A stretch of 64,000 bases of DNA, from contig NZ_CALUCZ010000008.1 in the NCBI RefSeq assembly GCF_943914685.1, forward strand, positions 4,109-68,108. Direction: 5' to 3'. Shown one piece after another: positions 46,113 to 54,611 of this stretch; positions within the stretch are counted from its first letter, which is position 1, and the number at the start of each line of letters is the position of its first letter. Made by a program: the position numbers and the translations under genes. The stretch comes from an uncultured Mobiluncus sp. (GTDB taxonomy: Bacteria; Actinomycetota; Actinomycetes; Actinomycetales; Actinomycetaceae). The notes beneath the pieces are model-generated. The model had not been told where the DNA came from and ran no database searches. It was given only the letters and a program-made list of their open reading frames with translations.

Positions 46113-47627
46113 TCAGATTTCGTGGCCTTCTGGCGAGGCCGGGGCGCGGCGTAGAGCCAGGCTCATCGATTCGCGCAGGTTTGCGGCAGCTTGAATCTTG
46201 AATCCCCGCGGAGCTTTCAGGCCCTTTGCGGCGGCGGCAGGCACAATAGCGCCGGTGAATCCCAGTCGCGCGGCTTCTGCCACCCGACGAGACACTGCGG
46301 TGCAGGAACGGATTTCTCCGGTCAGGGAGACTTCCCCAAAAGCCACCAGACCGGGGTCGATGACCTGACCCGTCACTGCTGAGGCCGCCGCGAGCGCAAC
46401 CGCCAAGTCCACTGCCGGTTCGACCGCTCTGGCTCCGCCCACTGTCGAGACGTAGGCGTCCAAGGTGCCGAAGGGCAGCTTCAGCCGAGCTTGCAGGACG
46501 GCCAGCATCATGGCGGTGCGGGAATAATCCAAGCCGGAGACCGTGCGCCGCGGGGAACCGCCCGCAATGGGGGTGGCGAGGGCCTCTATCTCTATGGGTA
46601 GAGCGCGCCTGCCTTCCAGTGAGATGGTGACGCAGGCTCCGGGCACCGGTTCGGCCGTTTTGCTGAGGAACAGGCCGCTGGGGTCCTCGATGCCTTCGAT
46701 GCCGGATTCCACCATTTGAAAGAAACCGACCGCGTCCGTAGGTCCGTAGCGGTTTTTCACCGCGCGCAACAGTCTCAGTTCCCCAGTTCGTTCGCCCTCA
46801 AACTGGCACACCACGTCCACCAGGTGTTCCAGGGTGCGCGGGCCGGCCACCGCCCCGTCCTTGGTAACATGCCCCACCAGGACCAGTGCCATGTGGCGGC
46901 CCTTTGCTGCGTCAATGAGTCGGGCCGCGACTTCGCGAACCTGGGCCGGCCCGCCGATGGAGGTGTCCATAGTGGGATCGGTCAAGGTCTGAATGGAGTC
47001 GATGATGGTTAAATCCGGGCTGATTGTCTCGATTTGAGCCAGGGCCTGCGAGACCTGGGTTTCAGCTGCCAGATAGAGGTTTTCCGCCACTCCACCGATA
47101 CGTTTTGCCCGGGACAGCACCGCTTCGGCGGTTTCCTCGCCGGTGAGGTACAGGACAGTTTTGCCCTCAGTATTCGCAGCGGCGGGGCGCGGCGAATCGG
47201 GGGAAACCAAGTGCAGCCGGGAGCTCCCAGCAGCGTCGGGCGAGTGCGGGACCGCGCCTTGGGCAATCCGGGCGGCAACCTCTAACAGCAGCGTTGACTT
47301 CCCGATTCCCGGCTCGCCAGCCAGCAAGATGACCGCACCGGGGACAATACCGCCGCTGAGGACTCGGTCGAATTCACCTACCCCGGTGGGCAGGCGCACC
47401 GCTCTCTCGGTGGAATACTGGCCAATAGGCTTAGCCGGGGACGCTGGGCGCCCATATCCGCCGGAAACACGCCCCGCGGTTCCGCCACCCCCGCGGGCAG
47501 AACTTTTCGCCAGGATTACGTTCTCTTCCAGAGTGCCCCACTGGCCGCAACTGCGGCATTGACCAGCCCATTTGGGCCATTCCTCCCCACAGTTGGAGCA
47601 CACGTAAACCGTTTTTTCTTTCGCCAT
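46113..47627 (-). CDS. radA: DNA repair protein RadA.
   Basis: 504 aa. N-terminal zinc ribbon 'CSNCGEEWPKWAGQCRSCGQWGT'. RecA-like Walker A 'GEPGIGKST'. 'KNRYG' motif. C-terminal Lon-like domain. Confidence 0.9.
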   Translation of the reverse strand: MAKEKTVYVCSNCGEEWPKWAGQCRSCGQWGTLEENVILAKSSARGGGGTAGRVSGGYGRPASPAKPIGQYSTERAVRLPTGVGEFDRVLSGGIVPGAVILLAGEPGIGKSTLLLEVAARIAQGAVPHSPDAAGSSRLHLVSPDSPRPAAANTEGKTVLYLTGEETAEAVLSRAKRIGGVAENLYLAAETQVSQALAQIETISPDLTIIDSIQTLTDPTMDTSIGGPAQVREVAARLIDAAKGRHMALVLVGHVTKDGAVAGPRTLEHLVDVVCQFEGERTGELRLLRAVKNRYGPTDAVGFFQMVESGIEGIEDPSGLFLSKTAEPVPGACVTISLEGRRALPIEIEALATPIAGGSPRRTVSGLDYSRTAMMLAVLQARLKLPFGTLDAYVSTVGGARAVEPAVDLAVALAAASAVTGQVIDPGLVAFGEVSLTGEIRSCTAVSRRVAEAARLGFTGAIVPAAAAKGLKAPRGFKIQAAANLRESMSLALRRAPASPEGHEI

Positions 47628-47695
47628 GACTCCATCGTCTCACAACCCCCGAATGTGAAAAATCGCGAGTTCGAAACCTGCACCCGGGGCTACAC

Positions 47696-47711
47696 AATTA
47701 ACCGGTTAATT
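47696..47711. promoter_or_regulatory. Perfect 16-bp palindrome AATTAACCGGTTAATT in the divergent radA/menA promoter region.
   Basis: Seen directly. About 70 bp upstream of the radA start. Confidence 0.3.
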
Positions 47712-47836
47712 TCAGGTTAAAACCGCGTTAGACTTTTAAGGCGATTTACAGCCGGAACCCCCGGGCGAAAAACCTCGTGAAAGCGCGAACCGCGCGGAAA
47801 CCCGGTGCCGCAACGATTGCAAAGAAAGGAACCCCG

Positions 47837-48751
47837 ATGGCCACTGCTCAAGCCTGGATTGAAGGAGCGCGATTGCGTACCCTCCCGGCTTCGGCATCAC
47901 CAGTCCTGCTCGGTACCGGCATTGCCGCCGGACTGGGCAAGATGGATCCTTGGCTGGCCCTGGGTTGCCTGGCAGTGGCGCTGCTGCTGCAAATCGGGGT
48001 GAATTTTTCCAACGACTATTCCGACGGGATTCGGGGCACGGACGAATACCGTGTCGGTCCGCCGCGCCTAGTCGGAGGCGGGGAAAATCCGCGCAAAGTC
48101 CTGGCGGTAGCGCTCAGCTGTTTCGCTTTGGCCAGCATCGTAGGCTTGAGCGTCGCCATCGTCTCCCAGTCGTGGTGGCTCATCGGTGCCGGAGTAGCGG
48201 CAGTCGCGGCCGCCTGGTTCTATACCGGGGGTAAACACCCCTATGGCTACGCCGGGATAGGCCTGTCTGAGCTGCTGGTTTTTGTCTTTTTCGGTTTGCT
48301 GGCAGTGCAGGGAACCTTGTGGGTGCAGGCCCAAGTCCTGCCGTGGCAGTCCTGGGCGCTGGCCAGCGGCCTGGGGTTGCTGTCCTGCGCACTGCTGATG
48401 GTCAATAATCTGCGCGATATCCCCACTGACCAGAAATCCGGCAAAGTTACCTTGGCGGTGCGTTTGGGAGATGCCTGGTCAAGGCGTATTTATCAGCTTT
48501 TCGTCTATGTCGCTCTGCTGTTGTCGCTGGTGGTGCTGTTTGTGCCGTGGCCGGATATCTTCCCCGGCGGTTTTATCCAGTGGAGCGGCGGTTTCGTGGT
48601 GCAGTTGATGCTGTGGTTGGGGGCTTTGCTGACGATGCGTCCGGTACGCACACACCAGACCGGCAAAGCCCTGATTGTGGCTCTGCGCAACACCGGTTTC
48701 CTCACCCTGGCTTATGGCGGCTTGCTCGGTCTGCTGTTTGCACTGCTCTAG
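47837..48751 (+). CDS. menA: 1,4-dihydroxy-2-naphthoate polyprenyltransferase (UbiA superfamily).
   Basis: 'NDYSDGIRGTDE' and a second Asp-rich motif; about 9 TM helices. I prefer the ATG at 47837 (MATAQAWIEGARLRTLP). Confidence 0.7.
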   Translation: MATAQAWIEGARLRTLPASASPVLLGTGIAAGLGKMDPWLALGCLAVALLLQIGVNFSNDYSDGIRGTDEYRVGPPRLVGGGENPRKVLAVALSCFALASIVGLSVAIVSQSWWLIGAGVAAVAAAWFYTGGKHPYGYAGIGLSELLVFVFFGLLAVQGTLWVQAQVLPWQSWALASGLGLLSCALLMVNNLRDIPTDQKSGKVTLAVRLGDAWSRRIYQLFVYVALLLSLVVLFVPWPDIFPGGFIQWSGGFVVQLMLWLGALLTMRPVRTHQTGKALIVALRNTGFLTLAYGGLLGLLFALL

Positions 48752-48935
48752 CCATTTTCGCCGGTTCTGCAGAATCGCGCACAAGCGCGGGTGAGCGGCA
48801 ACTCGTCTCGGCAGTAGTGATGGTGAGTTTAGCTCAGCGTGCCGTGTCATGCTATGTTAATAGTGTCAAGGGGGCCTCATCGGGGACACTCCCTGAGGAA
48901 CTTTCCAAGTCAACACGACAGAATCAGGAGAAGTC

Positions 48936-50609
48936 ATGAAGCTGGTAGTGGTCGGCGGAGTTGCAGGCGGCCTGTCTTTTGCGGCGCGCATGCGCAGGTT
49001 GGACGAGTCAGCCGAAATTGTGGTGTTTGAAAAAGGGCCGTACCCCTCGTTTTCCAACTGCGGCTTGCCTTTCTATGTCGGCCAGGAGATTCCCACACGC
49101 GAAAGTCTGCTACTGAACACGCCCCAGAGCCTGAAAGCGAGACTGAACCTGGATGTGCGGGTAAACCACGAGGTCATCGGCCTGGACGCGGACGCGAAAA
49201 CCGTGCAGGTACGCGGCGCGGACGGGCAAGAATTCACGGAACGCTACGACAAACTGATGCTTTCTCCCGGAGCGAGGGCCGCGCGTCCCCCGATTACCGG
49301 CTTGGATTCCCCGCGGGTTCACACGCTGCGCACCGTTGATGATGCGCAGCGGATTGTGGACCTGGCTGAATCCGCAAAATCAGCCCTGGTCATCGGCGGG
49401 GGATTCATTGGCATCGAAGCGGCGGAAGCCCTGGCTCATCGCGGCATCAACACAACTATCGTCGAGGGTAGTGACCATGTTGTGCCCCCGCTGGATCTGG
49501 AAATGGCTAACCTGGTGACCGGAGCCTTGCAGTCGCTCAATATTAACGTTATAGCGAAAACTCGGGTCACCAAGATTCAACATTTCCCCGCTCACGACCT
49601 GGCGGAACTGTCAGACGGGCAGCGCCTGGAGGTGGGGTTGATTGTGTTGGCTGCGGGCGTCACCCCCGCTACCAAGCCTTTCGTGGCAGCCGGGGTCAAG
49701 GCTGATGGGCGGGGTTTTATGGTAATTGATCAGCACGGACGTACCAGTTTGCCTGACGTGTTCGCCTGCGGTGACGCCGTTACGCAGCAGACCGGGGTGA
49801 CTGGACAAGCGCGGCCGGTTGCGCTGGCCGGTCCGACCAACCGCGCGGCCCGGCTTATCGCCGACTTCATCGCTGACCCAGAAACCGCCCGGCCCCTGCC
49901 CAAGCCCATCTCTACCTCGATTTTCCGGGTGGGACCCATGACTGTGGCCCAGACCGGGGCCAACCGAGCTGAACTGGACGCGAGGGGCATCGCCTACCGC
50001 ACGATTCACACCCACCCTACTGACCACGGCACTTTCCTGCCCGGCGCCCAACCGATGCAGCTGATGTTGCATTTTGCGGCCACGGACGGCAGAATCCTCG
50101 GCGCTCAAGGAATCGGAGGCAACGGGGTGGATAAGCGTATCGATGTTATCGCCACAGCGCTCAAGGCGGGGCTGACCGCTCCCGATTTGATTGACTTGGA
50201 TTTGGCGTATGCGCCCCCGTATTCCGCGGCAAAGGATCCGGTTAATTTCCTGGGCTACGTGGCGGAAAATGTGCTGCGCGGTCGGCTGAAACTGTGGTAC
50301 GCCGAGGAAGCGGCTCACCTCGACCCCGCTACCCCAATCCTTGATGTGCGCCCCGTCCCCGAGTTCAATGCCGGACATTTGCGAGGCGCCAGGTGTATAC
50401 CCTTGACAGAGCTGCGTTCGCGGCTCGATGAGGTGCGGACTTGGGCCGATGGGAAAACCGTGTATTTGAGCGACGACAGCGGGGCTAACGCTTGGCTGGC
50501 CCAGCGAATTCTGGAACCCGCCGGGATTAATGCTAAAGTATTATCTGGCGGGGTCAATACGGTTTTCGCCTACTACTTTGATAACCCCGGCGCGGTGCTA
50601 GAAATGTAG
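48936..50609 (+). CDS. FAD-dependent pyridine nucleotide-disulfide oxidoreductase with a C-terminal rhodanese domain (CoA-disulfide reductase / NADH oxidase-like).
   Basis: 557 aa. 'VVVGGVAGG', redox-active 'SFSNCGLP', a second dinucleotide fold 'ALVIGGGFIGIE'. C-terminal rhodanese (about aa 450-557) with Cys in 'ARCIP'. Confidence 0.8.
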   Translation: MKLVVVGGVAGGLSFAARMRRLDESAEIVVFEKGPYPSFSNCGLPFYVGQEIPTRESLLLNTPQSLKARLNLDVRVNHEVIGLDADAKTVQVRGADGQEFTERYDKLMLSPGARAARPPITGLDSPRVHTLRTVDDAQRIVDLAESAKSALVIGGGFIGIEAAEALAHRGINTTIVEGSDHVVPPLDLEMANLVTGALQSLNINVIAKTRVTKIQHFPAHDLAELSDGQRLEVGLIVLAAGVTPATKPFVAAGVKADGRGFMVIDQHGRTSLPDVFACGDAVTQQTGVTGQARPVALAGPTNRAARLIADFIADPETARPLPKPISTSIFRVGPMTVAQTGANRAELDARGIAYRTIHTHPTDHGTFLPGAQPMQLMLHFAATDGRILGAQGIGGNGVDKRIDVIATALKAGLTAPDLIDLDLAYAPPYSAAKDPVNFLGYVAENVLRGRLKLWYAEEAAHLDPATPILDVRPVPEFNAGHLRGARCIPLTELRSRLDEVRTWADGKTVYLSDDSGANAWLAQRILEPAGINAKVLSGGVNTVFAYYFDNPGAVLEM

Positions 50610-50653
50610 CGCCGCTGCCGATTATGAACCCGGATCTCAGGAAAGGGAAAAAT

Positions 50654-50818
50654 ATGTGCTCTCCAGTAAAGTGCGCGAACTGCGGAAAGACCACTTGGAC
50701 AGGGTGTGGCCAACACATTGAGGCGGTCAAAGCCAGCGTCCCGGCCGACCAGTGGTGCACCTGCCCAGAAGACAAACGCAAACCGCAATCCCTATTCACG
50801 AGTTTCTTTTCTCGCTGA
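50654..50818 (+). CDS. Small Cys-rich (zinc-ribbon-like) protein, 54 aa.
   Basis: AGGAAAGGGA RBS before ATG 50654. 'CSPVKCANCGKTTWTGCGQH...CTCPEDKRK'. Followed by a terminator hairpin. Confidence 0.35.
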   Translation: MCSPVKCANCGKTTWTGCGQHIEAVKASVPADQWCTCPEDKRKPQSLFTSFFSR

Positions 50819-50823
50819 GTGTG

Positions 50824-50844
50824 TTTTGCCGCGTCGCGGCAAAA
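50824..50844. terminator. Bidirectional terminator hairpin between the small Cys-rich ORF (+) and FemAB (-).
   Basis: ttttgccgc-gtc-gcggcaaaa: a 9-bp perfect stem with A/T runs either side. Confidence 0.5.
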
Positions 50845-50883
50845 GATAAGTGAGGCACCAACAGTGCGGTTAAGATACGTGCC

Positions 50884-51921
50884 TCAGTGATTCGCCACGA
50901 AATCTCGATAGCGGGCCTCGTCAATCACGAAATCAATTTCCCCCAGCATTTCGCGAATCCCCTCATCGCCGGAGAACTGGTGTTTAAAGTTGTATAGACC
51001 GTCGCTGGTTTCTGTACTGTACACCCCACCCATGTCGTATTCGCTCATGCCCCGCGAGATGGCGTACTTGATGGCTTCGAAGTTCATTTGGTCATTGGGT
51101 CGCAGGTTGCGTTTTTCGTTTGAGGACGCGGCGTAAATATAAAAGGATTTCCGATTGTAGGAAACCACTATGCAGCTGGAGAGAACTTCCCTTTCCCCGT
51201 CGGCATCGCAAGAGGTCACGAAGAGTTTGGCGTCGTCAAAAGCGCGCATCAACCTGATGAAATATTCCTTCGGGCGGAAAGTGATGCCCTGGCGCTGGGC
51301 CATAATCTCGGTGAGGTGATAGAACTCGTCCAGGGACTGTAAAAAGTCTTCGTCATCTACAGAGACCAAGCGGGTCGTAATCCCGGATTTGTATGGTTTG
51401 CGAATCTTGTTCTTGGTTTTGCTCGGATAGGTTTCAAATAGGTTCTCCTCGGTGCGTCCCGAGAGATTGACCACCATATTGATGCGTGGATTGGAAAACG
51501 CGTGCGGATCTGCAATCTCGCGCGACCGCACGGTGAATCCGGCTTGGGCATACATCTTGACCAAATCCGGGCTGTAAGTCACTTCCGGATCCATACGCAG
51601 CAGGAATCCGTGGTGTTTCTCGATAACCGGCTGAGATTCTTTAATAAGGGCGCTGACCAGTTCCACGTCCGCTAGGTTGCACACCGGACCGCGTGGCGCA
51701 TAGAGAAACGAGTTCTGCCCGTCGTTGGCAATGGAGAGAATCGAGAGTGCCGCTTTGATGGACCCGTCCGCGCCGCGCAGATAGACAAAATCCGCCCCCC
51801 AGTTGCTCTTAACCTGGGACCAGTTCACCGACTGCATCATGTGTCCGTGGGGGCTGGTCGCAATGAAGTGTTCGTATTCTGCCAGCTCTGAGGCTGGGGA
51901 TTGATTGGTGAGGATAGGCAC
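50884..51921 (-). CDS. FemAB-family peptidoglycan interpeptide-bridge aminoacyltransferase.
   Basis: 345 aa. FemABX architecture (two GNAT-like lobes), 'FLYAPRGPV', 'YNFKHQF' C-terminal motif. Lower GC than the flanks. Confidence 0.75.
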   Translation of the reverse strand: MPILTNQSPASELAEYEHFIATSPHGHMMQSVNWSQVKSNWGADFVYLRGADGSIKAALSILSIANDGQNSFLYAPRGPVCNLADVELVSALIKESQPVIEKHHGFLLRMDPEVTYSPDLVKMYAQAGFTVRSREIADPHAFSNPRINMVVNLSGRTEENLFETYPSKTKNKIRKPYKSGITTRLVSVDDEDFLQSLDEFYHLTEIMAQRQGITFRPKEYFIRLMRAFDDAKLFVTSCDADGEREVLSSCIVVSYNRKSFYIYAASSNEKRNLRPNDQMNFEAIKYAISRGMSEYDMGGVYSTETSDGLYNFKHQFSGDEGIREMLGEIDFVIDEARYRDFVANH

Positions 51922-52080
51922 TTAGGAATCTTTCTAGGCGGTCGTGACGGTTCAATATCCTCGACTCAGAAACAATCTCCGCAATGGTCAATAGCGCTAG
52001 GAGCGCTGAGGAAAGATGTTTCCGAACCGGATAAACTGGTACGCTTTCAGTGTATTACGCCACCCGACGAGGACTCAACC

Positions 52081-53304
52081 TTGACTAACCCGCAAAACAC
52101 GACCGACCTTGTGAATCTGAGACAAAAAATAGCGCAGGCAACCGGAACCTGCGCTGAGGATTGGTTCCCGGTTTATAAAGCTCGCTACGGGATGCACGCG
52201 GTTTTTAGCGCTCTTGCAAGCCGGGCTTCGAGCATTGAGGGATCGCATCAACCCGGTGTCCTCACCCAGCTCTATACCTGCTGCACCGCGGTGGATCCGA
52301 TTCTGGCGGCGGGACTGAGTGGTGTATATGCCGACGTCAACCCCGATTCCCTCACGGCGCAGGTGCAGACTGGCGGTGAAACGGAGCAAAACCCGCTGGT
52401 AGGGCTGGTGATGCAAAACACTTTCGGGTTTATTTCTGATGTTGACACGCTCGCGGCGCGAGACTTCGCCAGCGAGCGCAAGCTGCTCTATGTCGAGGAT
52501 TCCGCGCATTGTGTGGGCCGAATGGCGCGAGACTCCCAGGGTGAGCCGTTAGCGGATGTTTCCGTGCATTCTTTCGGGGTGGAAAAGATTTTGACCGCCA
52601 CCAGATTCGGTGGTCTCATCTGGGTGAATCCTCGCCTCGAAACCACTGATTCCCCGCTCTATGCAGCCATCGTGTCCGCGCTTGAAAACGTAGGCAGGCT
52701 GCCGTGGCTCCAGGACCTATCGGCACGGCTCTATCTCAACCAAATTCGCGTATTTTCAAGGCTCCCCCAGGCGCTGGCGAACGCGCTGAAGCGGGTGCTG
52801 CGCCGGATGCGCCTGTTCGAACCGGCTATCGCCCCCGCGGAGCGGCAAGGCGCGCTCGAGTACCCCAACTACTCAATGAGCCCCTACATCGCAAATAAAG
52901 CATGCGAGGCTTTGGACGGTCTCGAGTCGAACCAGGAACAGCGCCGGCAGGCGGTCGCTGTCTATCAAGACCGGCTGAGCGGGCGGGAATACCTGCAAAT
53001 TCCGGCGCAGATAGCCTGCGGTGCACCCCAACCCCTGCTCATCTTTCCGATCCTGCTGCGAGATGCGCGGGCAGTAAACGAGGTGCACGCTAAACTTCGG
53101 GAGTCTCACGTTTATTCGCGTCGCTGGTACAACTCGATACTTTTCCCCGGGGTGGATAGCCTCGAGCTTTACGGGGTCGGGTCGCTGGAGTCCTATCCGC
53201 ACACCGTGTCTCTGACCCAGCGCAGTCTGGGGTTGCCCACGGATGTGTCGAAGGATAAAGCGGAACAAATCTGTGAGCTGGTGCAGAAATTAGCCGCCGC
53301 GTAG
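52081..53304 (+). CDS. DegT/DnrJ/EryC1/StrS-like PLP-dependent aminotransferase (diverged).
   Basis: Fold-type-I AT pattern: 'LYTCCTAVDPILAAGLSGVYADVNPDSLT', 'LLYVEDSAHCVG', 'HSFGVEKILTA' (Lys). The track ORF starts at 51901, overlapping the FemAB start. I prefer TTG at 52081; the start is uncertain. Confidence 0.55.
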   Translation: MTNPQNTTDLVNLRQKIAQATGTCAEDWFPVYKARYGMHAVFSALASRASSIEGSHQPGVLTQLYTCCTAVDPILAAGLSGVYADVNPDSLTAQVQTGGETEQNPLVGLVMQNTFGFISDVDTLAARDFASERKLLYVEDSAHCVGRMARDSQGEPLADVSVHSFGVEKILTATRFGGLIWVNPRLETTDSPLYAAIVSALENVGRLPWLQDLSARLYLNQIRVFSRLPQALANALKRVLRRMRLFEPAIAPAERQGALEYPNYSMSPYIANKACEALDGLESNQEQRRQAVAVYQDRLSGREYLQIPAQIACGAPQPLLIFPILLRDARAVNEVHAKLRESHVYSRRWYNSILFPGVDSLELYGVGSLESYPHTVSLTQRSLGLPTDVSKDKAEQICELVQKLAAA

Positions 53305-53367
53305 TCTGAGCGCTAACCGCTACCCGATGGCCCGCCCTAGTGACCCCACCCTTGCTATAATCGGCGT

Positions 53368-54336
53368 ATGACCTCGAGCGATGACTTTCTAGAACTTTGT
53401 GCCGGTCAATACCGCGCCCAGATTTCCCCTTTCGGCGGGGGGTTGTGGTCGCTGACTTTTGCGGGAAAGCCGCTGGTGGTGACCCCTCCTTTACCGCACC
53501 AGGGGTTGTCACAAGTGTCCCCGGTTCCGTTTGCGGCGGGGTGTCTGCTGGCGCCGTGGCCCAACCGGGTGGACAGCGGGAATTTCGCGTTTCAAGGCGA
53601 AACGTATCAGCTCGAAATCAACGAACCCGACCGCCACAACGCCATTCACGGCTTCGTCAGGGAACGGCCTTGGGAACTCGATTCCGAAACGTCCGACAAC
53701 CCCGCGGCGGTATGCCTCACGCTGGAAATGGAACCACAACCAGGCTGGCCATGGCGACTCAAATACGTGATGAACTGGAGTCTTGACGCAACCCAAGGCC
53801 TGCGAGGGGAACTGCAGGTGTCCAACCTCAGCGATACGCCCTGCCCGTTTGGTTTCGGGTGGCATCCATATTTAAGCGCGGGGGGTGCGAGCCTGGACGA
53901 ATGCACCCTGAGTATCTCGGTAGGCAACAACCTCGTGCTCGATTCAACACGCAACTTGCCGACCGGTCTGGAGCGCCCCGCGGACACTGTTTTGGGTCAA
54001 GCGCGGCCGGTAGTGCTGCACGGACTGTGGCTTGACCACGCGTTTCGCACGCAACCCGAACCAGACGGGCGAGTCCGGGCAGCCTTGTGCCGGACGGACG
54101 GTTCGGGGACGGAACTCAGTGCCGGACCGTGGTGTTGCTGGCTCCAGATTTATACCGCTGACCCTGCTCACCAGGAGGCTTTCCCCGGCGTTCGCGACGG
54201 GCGCGCCCTGGCCGTCGAGCCGATGACCTGCCCGCCTAACGCCCTGAGCCGCAACCAGGATTTGTTGGTACTCGCGCCAGGAGAATCGCGTTCTTTCATT
54301 TTCGGGCTACGAGCCCTCACCCCGTCGCGTTCCTGA
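53368..54336 (+). CDS. Aldose 1-epimerase family protein.
   Basis: 322 aa. 'NAIHGF', 'GFGWHPYL' and the beta-sandwich mutarotase pattern. Confidence 0.75.
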   Translation: MTSSDDFLELCAGQYRAQISPFGGGLWSLTFAGKPLVVTPPLPHQGLSQVSPVPFAAGCLLAPWPNRVDSGNFAFQGETYQLEINEPDRHNAIHGFVRERPWELDSETSDNPAAVCLTLEMEPQPGWPWRLKYVMNWSLDATQGLRGELQVSNLSDTPCPFGFGWHPYLSAGGASLDECTLSISVGNNLVLDSTRNLPTGLERPADTVLGQARPVVLHGLWLDHAFRTQPEPDGRVRAALCRTDGSGTELSAGPWCCWLQIYTADPAHQEAFPGVRDGRALAVEPMTCPPNALSRNQDLLVLAPGESRSFIFGLRALTPSRS

Positions 54337-54611
54337 GCAGCCACCACTCCGCCAGGTGCTACCAGTGAAAAATTGCTTACAGTACGCAAAAGTTATAGAG
54401 TAGATATTTGCGTGTTCTTTGTCCGAGGCGACCTTAAACCGTTGATATTGCGTAAGTATGCGCCGGCAATATCAGGGCAGGTCAGCGAGGGGCGAGATGT
54501 TCAAACGCCGGAGCGCATCGAGATTTTCAAGGCTGATTGCCGCGGTAGTGTGCGCGGTCGAGCCCGCCCTGAATTCTCGACCATCCATACGACATAAAGG
54601 AAACGGAAATC

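Noticed and set aside
47660-47680. GTTCGAA element upstream of radA as an actinobacterial LexA (SOS) box.
   Set aside because: Only one half-site of the TCGAAC-N4-GTTCGA consensus is present.
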